Assembly: GCA_963762425.1 (NCBI GenBank)
Contig: CAVXKY010000010.1
Span: forward strand, 16,324-80,323
Length of the DNA: 64,000 nt
Reading direction: 5' to 3'
Origin: an uncultured Alphaproteobacteria bacterium
GTDB lineage: Bacteria > Pseudomonadota > Alphaproteobacteria > ATCC43930 > CGMCC-115725
Positions 8,774 through 15,775 of the stretch are shown piece by piece. Position numbers and translations under genes: made by a program. The number at the start of each line of letters is the position of its first letter. Position 1 is the stretch's first letter. The notes beneath the pieces are model-generated. The model had not been told where the DNA came from. It saw only the letters and a list, made by a program, of their open reading frames with translations, and searched no databases.

Positions 8774-9757
8774 CTACTTGATGAGGCCGTTCTCGCGGTA
8801 ATACTTCATCGCGCCGGGATGGATGGGCATCGCGTTTTCGTCCGGCACGAGATCCTTGGTCTTCAGGACGCGCAGCGCCGGGTGCAACCGGCGGAAGATG
8901 GCGAAATTCTCGAACACCGCCTTGACCATGGCATAGGCGAGATCGTCCGGCTGCCGGGCCGAAGCGACCAGCAGGACGCGCGCGCCGAAGGTCGGGACAT
9001 TATCCGGGTTGCCCGCATACATGCCGCCCGGGATGAAGGAGGCGACGTAATAAGGATGCGCGGCAAGCAGTTGGCGGATCGGCGGACCCGAAACCCGCAC
9101 CAGCCTCGCCTTGCACTCGGTCGTCGCCAATTGGGTCAGCCCGTTCGGGTGACCCGCTTCGAAGATGATGGCGTCAACCGTGTTGGCGCATAGCACCCGG
9201 TTCTGTTCGGCCGGGCCGAGTTCCAGGGCGCGGTCGAAATCGGATATGGTCCAACCGTAATAACCGAGAACGACATCGCGGGTGAGGGAAAATCCCGCGC
9301 CGCTCTGCCCGATGCCGACCCGCTTGCCGCGCAGATCCTGGAAATCGCGTATGCCGGAATCGGCGCGGGCCACCACGGTGAAGGATTGCGTGTGCAGCGC
9401 GATCAAGGTGCGCAGCTCGGTGTCGGGACCGGCGTCGGCGAATGGCCCCTCGCCGCGATAGGCGGCATAGGCAACGTCAGATTGCACCAGGCCGAGCGTG
9501 GATTTGCCGTCGCGGATAAGCCGGATATTCGCCACCGAGCCGTCGGAGCCGACCGCGATGCAGGCTCCGGTCTTGGCGTTTTCCGTCAGATTGTAGAGCC
9601 GGCAAATCGCGTTGCCGACGGGATGGTCGATGGCGCCGGGGGGCGCGGTCGCAATGGTGACCGGCGATGGCGCCATGACGACCGAGACCACCGTGCAGGA
9701 TGCCGCGACGCTTGCCAGCAGGGCGGCCGCCAAGGATGGGAGATGTCTCAATTTCAT
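8774..9757 (-). CDS. TAXI-family TRAP transporter solute-binding subunit; orphan
   Basis: ORF 8774..9757, signal peptide. Motifs GSVANIRLIRDGKSTLGLVQSD, RGKRVGIGQSGAG, HPGAMKYYRENG, characteristic of TAXI receptors. No fused DctQM permease nearby. Confidence 0.85.
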   Translation of the reverse strand: MKLRHLPSLAAALLASVAASCTVVSVVMAPSPVTIATAPPGAIDHPVGNAICRLYNLTENAKTGACIAVGSDGSVANIRLIRDGKSTLGLVQSDVAYAAYRGEGPFADAGPDTELRTLIALHTQSFTVVARADSGIRDFQDLRGKRVGIGQSGAGFSLTRDVVLGYYGWTISDFDRALELGPAEQNRVLCANTVDAIIFEAGHPNGLTQLATTECKARLVRVSGPPIRQLLAAHPYYVASFIPGGMYAGNPDNVPTFGARVLLVASARQPDDLAYAMVKAVFENFAIFRRLHPALRVLKTKDLVPDENAMPIHPGAMKYYRENGLIK

Positions 9758-9791
9758 GTTTTGCGATCCTTGCCCGCCGCGACGGCAGAGC

Positions 9792-10493
9792 CTAAGCCTC
9801 GAGCCGGTATTCGATCAGGTGGCCGTCGCGCTCGAACTCGCCACGCACCCAACGGTCTGAATCGTCATACCAGACGCTGCCCGCGATATACGGGGTGATG
9901 AAACGATAGCGCGCGGCGGTAATTTGACGGTCGAGAATCGGGATCCGCTCATCGGCCAGCCTGCGCACGCTGACGCCGATGATGCCGCCGTGTTGCGCGT
10001 CGATGAGAGTATCCTGTTCCAATATCAGCGGATTCCACATGCTGTTCGATGTCAGGGAATCGGCGGACGCGATGAACGGACCGATCTTGCTGTTCACCCG
10101 GAAGCCGTGAGGTGTCGAGGTTCCATCGACGTACAACGCCCCGTCGTTGTCGACGGTCGCGCTCTTCAGGAAAACCAGCCGGCCCTTGCGCCAGCGTTCC
10201 TCGGAACCATGGGTGTATGCGTACACCGTGAAGAACAAGGCCTTCACCGCGATATTGATCGCCGTGTTGACGCGAATCTCTCCGGTTTCCGGCGCGGTCG
10301 CCACCGTATGTGAGCCGACCCGGTCGCCCTTGTAGAAGATTGAAAACCGCCGGTTGGCGAACTCGTCCGGCGGGACGAACGCCGGTCTGGCCATGCCGCG
10401 GCGCGGGAATGCAACGCTCGCGAGTCCGGCCATGCCGGCGACAAAGAGCGCGCGCCGGGAAATCGAAAAACTTTTTTTACGGCGACGAATCAT
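9792..10493 (-). CDS. Hypothetical exported protein (Tat-like signal; resembles DUF6134-type proteins)
   Basis: ORF 9792..10493. N-terminus MIRRRKKSFSISRRALFVAGMAGLASVAF. High third-position GC. No catalytic motif recognised. Confidence 0.55.
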   Translation of the reverse strand: MIRRRKKSFSISRRALFVAGMAGLASVAFPRRGMARPAFVPPDEFANRRFSIFYKGDRVGSHTVATAPETGEIRVNTAINIAVKALFFTVYAYTHGSEERWRKGRLVFLKSATVDNDGALYVDGTSTPHGFRVNSKIGPFIASADSLTSNSMWNPLILEQDTLIDAQHGGIIGVSVRRLADERIPILDRQITAARYRFITPYIAGSVWYDDSDRWVRGEFERDGHLIEYRLEA

Positions 10494-10604
10494 GCTCCCG
10501 ACCGGGCCACCGCCCAGTCCGGGGACCGGGCGGCCCTTTCCAGCCAGCCTTCATCGACCCCACTATAAACGCCTTATGGGTGGCCTTGCCAAGGCCGCCC
10601 GCTT

Positions 10605-10922
10605 CTACCGCACGACCAGGTCGTTCTGCACCCCGACGACGCCCGCGACCTTGCTGACGACGTCGTTCGCGTGATTGACCAGGCGATGCGATTTGACAAA
10701 GCCGGTCAGCTGAACCACGCCGTGGTTGGAAACGACGTGAATATCGAGCACCTTCAGCGAGGCGTCGTCGAAGATCGCCGCCTTGACCCTGACGGTGATC
10801 GAGGAATCATCGATCAGGTTGCCCGTGCTTTCGTGGGCCGGCGTTTGCGCGCAGGCGGCAAGCGCGCCGCCGCCCATGGCCAGGCCGAGAATGACGATGC
10901 TTGTCTTGAAGGGGCTGCGCAT
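10605..10922 (-). CDS. BON domain-containing lipoprotein
   Basis: Lipobox GGALAAC, then ITVRVKAAIFDD..HVVSNHGVVQLTGFV..ANDVVSKVAGVVGVQNDLVV (BON fold signature). Confidence 0.8.
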   Translation of the reverse strand: MRSPFKTSIVILGLAMGGGALAACAQTPAHESTGNLIDDSSITVRVKAAIFDDASLKVLDIHVVSNHGVVQLTGFVKSHRLVNHANDVVSKVAGVVGVQNDLVVR

Positions 10923-10970
10923 GGATTTTTCTCCGGTGTTGGAAAGTTAAGGGCACTTCGTGGCGAAGGC

Positions 10971-11447
10971 TCATGGTGCGGAATTCAGGTCCGGATCGCC
11001 GGTCCAGGCGGCGGCAAACGCCAACCTGGCCAGCTCCGGAAGGGATTTCGAGCCCGTCTTCCTCATGATCGCGGCGCGATGGTTCTCGACGGTGCGTTGG
11101 CTGAGGCCGAGTTCCGCGGCGATGTTCTTGTTGTGCTCGCCGGCGACGACCAGCTCCATGATCTGGCGATCTCGCGGCGAGAGCTTGACGAGGCGATTCG
11201 CCGCCTCCTCGCGCCAAGCGGACAGCTTTTTCATGCCGTCCCGTTGTTGTTGGACCAGCGCGTCCATTTGACGGTGCAAGGCCCTTTCCCGGGCGAGGGC
11301 GTTCCGCAGCCGGATATTTACCAGCGCGCCTTCGTAACTCGGTGCCGCATGGAGATTCGGGCTTGCCAGTATGGCGTTTGGAAGCGAATGGGCGGTCTTC
11401 TCCAAAAGCTTGACGCTCATGTGCCAGCCCCCTTCGTCGTTCAACAC
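10971..11447 (-). CDS. LuxR/FixJ-type HTH transcriptional regulator without a receiver domain
   Basis: C-terminal LSPRDRQIMELVVAGEHNKNIAAELGLSQRTVENHRAAIMRKTG. N-terminal 90 aa unassigned. Alternative start at 11420. Confidence 0.75.
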   Translation of the reverse strand: MLNDEGGWHMSVKLLEKTAHSLPNAILASPNLHAAPSYEGALVNIRLRNALARERALHRQMDALVQQQRDGMKKLSAWREEAANRLVKLSPRDRQIMELVVAGEHNKNIAAELGLSQRTVENHRAAIMRKTGSKSLPELARLAFAAAWTGDPDLNSAP

Positions 11448-11502
11448 GCCGCAACCCGAAAACCCCGACTGATGATTCCTACCAGGAAGCGGCCGAACCG
11501 CA

Positions 11503-11516
11503 TTGATTCAGATCAA
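11503..11516. promoter_or_regulatory. Perfect FNR/FixK-type box TTGAT-N4-ATCAA upstream of the LuxR-type gene
   Basis: TTGATTCAGATCAA centred 62.5 nt upstream of the ATG at 11447, in the same orientation and flanking context as the 8700 box. Confidence 0.55.
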
Positions 11517-11747
11517 TTATGTCGGATTCCGGACATTGGCATCGGTCTAAATCGATGGGGGAAAAGCAGACGTGAAGCGGATATGCCGTCCCGTCGCCTT
11601 TTACCCAAAGCGGATTCACGTCAAACCGGGACGTTTCCCTTGAGCGGCGCTGATTTTGCTGACTCGGAACCCCAACTAGGCGATACTTATCGGATTAGAG
11701 ACGTCGCGCGGCCGCGTCCGCGATCACATCGCATAACGGAGGACATC

Positions 11748-11981
11748 ATGGGTCGCACGAACGGGCTGGTCCTGGTCGGGGCCGTCTTGGTCATTATCGG
11801 GCTCATCGGGCTGGCGTACCCGATGTTCACAACCTCGCAGACCAAGGACGTCGCCAATGTCGGCAGCTTGAAGCTTCAAAGCACGGAAGACACGTCGCAC
11901 AGCATTCCGCCGATCGTGAGCGGCGGCGTTCTGGTGCTTGGCATCGTATTGACCGGCGCGGGCTTCTTTCGCAAGAGCTGA
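11748..11981 (+). CDS. Small two-TM membrane protein (DUF3185-like)
   Basis: ATG at 11748 follows GGAGGA. MGRTNGLVLVGAVLVIIGLIGLAYPMF....GGVLVLGIVLTGAGFF. Confidence 0.6.
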   Translation: MGRTNGLVLVGAVLVIIGLIGLAYPMFTTSQTKDVANVGSLKLQSTEDTSHSIPPIVSGGVLVLGIVLTGAGFFRKS

Positions 11982-12032
11982 AGCGAATACCGGCGGCGGT
12001 CGGTACGCGGAACTTTCCATGGGAGAAAAACG

Positions 12033-12179
12033 ATGGGGCTGATCCTATTTTTGATTGTTCTGATTCTTCTTTTCGGCGGGGGTGGTTTCTATATCGGCAC
12101 GCCCTACCATTACTTTGGCGGCGGCATCAGCCTGATACTGGTGATCGTCATTTTGGTCATTCTGTTCGGGAGAGATTGA
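12033..12179 (+). CDS. Small membrane protein (DUF3309-like), 48 aa
   Basis: Below the ORF-track size cutoff. MGLILFLIVLILLFGGGGFYIGTPYHYFGGGISLILVIVILVILFGRD, in frame from ATG 12033 to TGA 12177-12179. Confidence 0.5.
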   Translation: MGLILFLIVLILLFGGGGFYIGTPYHYFGGGISLILVIVILVILFGRD

Positions 12180-12683
12180 CCGCGCCCCCGTGCTCGATCT
12201 TCTCGGCAAACTCGGCCAAGGTGAATGCGTATCGGGTGAGCCGCGGCTTCAGATGCGGACAGGTTTCTTCCGCTGCATCCCGTCGAGCCAATCGGGATAT
12301 CTCGCGCAATTCCCCCGGCGTCGGCATGGTGTCCCCGCACGATTAGGGCGGAAGCGCGCCCGGCTTTCCCGGGAAGCGCGGCTCGGAGCCGGCGATGCCT
12401 GGAAACCGCGGCCGCCAATCCGTCGATACTAGTCCCCTGGCCGCTCCGGACCGAGTCAAATAGCGCCGGCGCCGGAACGCCCCGGGACCGGAATGTCCGA
12501 TATAAGACAGAGGCAAGACATTGGCTTGCCTCGACCGCCCAAAGGGCCTAGCGTTTCCAAGCGATCGGCCCTTGGCCGCAATTGACATAATTTATCGAGT
12601 GGAAATGCTTGGCCCGGACGCGGCCGGGCAAAAGGCGGTGCGCGCCGGCTCGAAAAATGGAACAGACCGAGAGGAACAGCGAG

Positions 12684-13433
12684 ATGACAACGCGCCGCAA
12701 GGCCGCGAAACCGGCCGCCAACCGGCTGCTCGGTTTGCTGAATCCCGGGGATTACCGGCGGTTGCGCCCGCATCTTCATCCCATTGCGCTGACCTACCGG
12801 CGGTCTCTCTACCGCGCGCGCAAGCCCATCGAATTCGTCTATTTCATCGAGACCGGCGTCGGCTCGCTGGTGAACACCATGGCGAACGGCCAGGCGGCCG
12901 AGGTCGGAACCATCGGCAACGAGGGGGTGGTGGGGCTGCCTCTGCTGTTCGGCGACGACATGGCGCCCACCAGCGTTTACGTCCAGGTTCCCGGCATTGG
13001 GCTCAGAATGAAGGCGAGGCGGTTCAATCGGGAACTGGCGCGCAGCGCGTCGATGCGCGCGGTGATGCTGCGCTATGCCCACGCCTTCTTCAACCAGGTG
13101 GCGCAATCGGCCGCGTGCAACCACTTTCATTCCATCCAGCAGCGCTGCGCCCGCTGGATGCTGATGACGCATGACCGCATGCAATCGGACGAGTTTCTGC
13201 TCACGCAGGAGTTCCTGGCCATGATGCTGGGGGTGCAGCGCACCGGGATTTCGGGCGTGGCGAGCGGCCTGCAACGGGCCGGCCTCATCCGCTACAGACG
13301 CGGCCAGGTCACGATCCTCAACCGCCGCGCCTTGGAGCGCCGCTCCTGCGAGTGCTACGGCGTTTCCAAGCGGGAGTTCGATCGTCTGCTCGGCGTTCGC
13401 GCCATGCGTAAGGTCCGCCCCGGCCTTCATTGA
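12684..13433 (+). CDS. Crp/Fnr family transcriptional regulator (cNMP-binding domain plus C-terminal HTH, no Cys cluster)
   Basis: In-frame part of ORF 12609..13433. VYFIETGVGSLV..GNEGVVG beta-roll, HTH LTQEFLAMMLGVQRTGISGVASGLQRAGLI. Start 12684 chosen for its GAGAGGA RBS; 12609 or 12657 are possible. Confidence 0.85.
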   Translation: MTTRRKAAKPAANRLLGLLNPGDYRRLRPHLHPIALTYRRSLYRARKPIEFVYFIETGVGSLVNTMANGQAAEVGTIGNEGVVGLPLLFGDDMAPTSVYVQVPGIGLRMKARRFNRELARSASMRAVMLRYAHAFFNQVAQSAACNHFHSIQQRCARWMLMTHDRMQSDEFLLTQEFLAMMLGVQRTGISGVASGLQRAGLIRYRRGQVTILNRRALERRSCECYGVSKREFDRLLGVRAMRKVRPGLH

Positions 13434-13492
13434 GGCCCGGGGGACTCTCAGGGATTCCGGGCCGAAACGATGGGCGGATCGACATCCGCGCC
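13431..13492. repeat. Double-hairpin, terminator-like element of about 62 bp, copy 2
   Basis: Sits at the convergent junction of the Crp-family gene (stop 13431-13433) and the hydrolase gene. It supplies the last 15 codons (GADVDPPIVSARNP-stop) of the hydrolase. Confidence 0.55.
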
Positions 13493-14512
13493 CGAGGGCA
13501 GGGGCGATTTTGGATGCAGCATCCAGCTCGTCATGTCGGCGATCACCACGGGCGCCTCCAGATCGCGCGCCAGCATGTGATAGCCGTCCGGGTAAAAGGC
13601 GATGCGGCGATGGTCGCGACCCGCCGCCGGTAGGCTCGCCACGAATTGTCGCACCGGCTTCTCGGGAATCACCTCGTCATGCGCGCCGTAAAGCAGCAGC
13701 GCCTTCTCGCTGAATTTCGGCCCGGATGCGAGCGCCAGCCCCATCACATCGACCAGCCCGCTGATGGTGTCGACGCGCGTCTCCTTGATCACCAGCGGGT
13801 CGCGGCCCAACCCGCGCAGCATCTCGATATTGTCCGAGGCGAGGATGCGCAGGCTCGAGCCGCTCAATTTCCATCCCGGCGCCAGGCGATAGGTCATCCA
13901 CAACGCCGCGCGCTCGAACACGTTCATGTCGGCGCGGCCCCACACCGCCGGCGCCATCAGGATATAACCGTCGGCCGCGGGCTTCTCGGCCCCGGCGGTT
14001 CCGGTGACGCCCACGATCGCCACCGCCGCGCCCATGCTCTCGCCCACGATGTAGAGCGGCTTGTCCGGATAGCGCGCCTTTAGGAGCCGGCTGGCCTCGG
14101 CCATGTCCTGCGCCATACGCCAGGCTCCGGCCCAGCGCCCGCGCCCCGGCGCTTCGCCGAAGCCGCGCTGGTCGTAGGCATAGGTCGCGATCCCGGCATC
14201 CTCCCAGGTCACGCCCGGCCCTTCGAAGGCGTTGGAATAATCGTTGAAGCCGTGCAGCGCCAGCACCACGGCCTTGACCGGCCCCTTCGCGGGCAGCCAG
14301 GCGCGCATCGGCAACCGCGCGCCGTCATCGGCGATGAAGGCGCCGCCGTCGAACCGCGCCGGGCCCGGCGCCTGCCGGGAAAACTCTTGCCGCAATTGCT
14401 GGTCGTGCATGCTCAATCCGCCCTGTCCGGCGCAGCCTGTCAGAAGAATGGCGCACGTCCAAGCCAGAATCCGCCGCGCCCCGATCCGCGGAATTCCTTG
14501 GGCCGCGCTCAT
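13448..14512 (-). CDS. Alpha/beta hydrolase lipoprotein (lysophospholipase / monoacylglycerol lipase-like)
   Basis: MSAAQ..ILLTGCAG lipobox, HGFNDYS oxyanion region, GESMG nucleophile elbow, late GYHML His. ATGA overlap with the upstream ABC ATPase gene. Confidence 0.85.
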   Translation of the reverse strand: MSAAQGIPRIGARRILAWTCAILLTGCAGQGGLSMHDQQLRQEFSRQAPGPARFDGGAFIADDGARLPMRAWLPAKGPVKAVVLALHGFNDYSNAFEGPGVTWEDAGIATYAYDQRGFGEAPGRGRWAGAWRMAQDMAEASRLLKARYPDKPLYIVGESMGAAVAIVGVTGTAGAEKPAADGYILMAPAVWGRADMNVFERAALWMTYRLAPGWKLSGSSLRILASDNIEMLRGLGRDPLVIKETRVDTISGLVDVMGLALASGPKFSEKALLLYGAHDEVIPEKPVRQFVASLPAAGRDHRRIAFYPDGYHMLARDLEAPVVIADMTSWMLHPKSPLPSGADVDPPIVSARNP

Positions 14513-15489
14513 TTCCCGGCCCCCGGACTTGCCCCCGCGCCGGTCAGGCGCAGGAATATGTCCTCGAGATCGGTCTCCTCGCTCGAGACGTCGCGGATGG
14601 CGAGCCCGGCCGCTTCCACCGCGGCCAGCACGTCGCCCACCCGCGCATGGCTCGGCTTGTAGCGGAACAATATCCGCTCGGGTCCGTCGAGCTTCAGGCC
14701 CAGCGCCGCCAAGCCGGGCGGCAAGGACGAGACCGGCTTCACCAGCGACAGCGTCAGCAGCTTCTCGTCGATCTTGGCCAACAGCGCCGGCGTGGTGTCG
14801 TTGGCCACCACGCGCCCCTGGTCGATGATGGCGATGCGCCCGCACAACTCCTGCGCCTCGTCGAGATAATGGGTGGTGAGCAGGATGGTGGTGCCCGAGG
14901 CGGCGAGCGACTGGATGTTGGTCCAGAGCTGGCGGCGCAATTCCACGTCCACCCCGGCGGTGGGCTCGTCCAGCACCAGCACCGGCGGCGAATGCACCAT
15001 CGCCTTGGCCATCATCAGCCGGCGCCGCATCCCGCCCGACAGCGTGCGCGCCATCGCGTCCGCCTTGTCGGTCAATCCCAGCAGTTCGAGCAGCTCCTCG
15101 GTGCGGCGCTCGGCCTTGGGCACGCCGTAGAATCCGGCCTGCACGCCCAAGAGCTCGCGCGGCGTGAAGAAGGAATCGATGTTCACTTCCTGGGTCACCA
15201 CGCCGATGGCGGCGCGCGCGTTGCGCGGGTCGCGGTCGATGTCGATGCCCCACACCCGGGCGCGCCCCGCGGTCTTGATGACGAGCCCGGCCAGGATGTT
15301 GATGAGGGTCGATTTGCCCGCGCCGTTGGGGCCCAGCAGGCCGAAAATCTCGCCGTGCCTTATCGCCAGATCGACGCGGTCGAGCGCCAGGCGTTCCCGC
15401 CCGTCGCCGCGGTAGATCTTGGTCAAGCCTTCGAGCTCGACCGCCAGGCCGGGCAAAACCCGGCCCGATGCGTTGCCGTGACTGGTCAT
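14509..15489 (-). CDS. ABC transporter ATP-binding protein (ABC-2/DrrA-like)
   Basis: Walker A GPNGAGKST, signature LSGGMRRR, Walker B VLVLDEPT. Start MTSHGN at 15489. Confidence 0.9.
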   Translation of the reverse strand: MTSHGNASGRVLPGLAVELEGLTKIYRGDGRERLALDRVDLAIRHGEIFGLLGPNGAGKSTLINILAGLVIKTAGRARVWGIDIDRDPRNARAAIGVVTQEVNIDSFFTPRELLGVQAGFYGVPKAERRTEELLELLGLTDKADAMARTLSGGMRRRLMMAKAMVHSPPVLVLDEPTAGVDVELRRQLWTNIQSLAASGTTILLTTHYLDEAQELCGRIAIIDQGRVVANDTTPALLAKIDEKLLTLSLVKPVSSLPPGLAALGLKLDGPERILFRYKPSHARVGDVLAAVEAAGLAIRDVSSEETDLEDIFLRLTGAGASPGAGK

Positions 15490-15579
15490 TGATTGTGCCG
15501 GAGGAATGCGTATCATCCGCGCCGCGCGGGGGTCAATGACCGGCCCGCGCCACATATAAGGTAATATCGAGGCGAAAAA

Positions 15580-15771
15580 ATGCCCTTCGAAACCGTCGAA
15601 ATCGACCAAGACACCGTCGCCTGCGACGGCAACGGGGCCAGCGAAGCCGGCCATCCCCGGGTCTATCTCAATCTCCAGCCCGCGGGCCGGATCGAATGCC
15701 CCTATTGCTCGCGGACATTCGTGAAACGTCCCGCGGCGGGAAAGCCGGGCCAGCCTCCAGCCGGCCACTGA
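15580..15771 (+). CDS. Zinc-finger (zf-CHCC type) domain-containing protein
   Basis: ORF 15580..15771. VACDG...HPRVYL....IECPYCSRTF motif. Confidence 0.75.
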   Translation: MPFETVEIDQDTVACDGNGASEAGHPRVYLNLQPAGRIECPYCSRTFVKRPAAGKPGQPPAGH

Positions 15772-15775
15772 TCCC

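Noticed and set aside
11664-11700. GGAAC motif upstream of the DUF3185-like gene, considered as an EcfG general-stress promoter
   Set aside because: At the expected 16-17 nt spacing, the -10 position reads TTATCG rather than the CGTT-type element.
12158-12328. 56-codon minus-strand ORF (MPTPGELREISRLARRDAAEETCPH..) in the 500-nt gap before the Crp-family gene
   Set aside because: Weak RBS, moderate third-position GC, 22-nt antisense overlap with the DUF3309-like gene, and no recognisable motif. The evidence is insufficient to call it.
12684-13433. Assigning the adjacent Crp-family protein as the regulator that binds the two FNR boxes
   Set aside because: It has no N-terminal Cys cluster, and its recognition helix reads QRTGISG instead of the E--SR motif used by FNR/FixK proteins to read TTGAT. 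The linkage is only positional.
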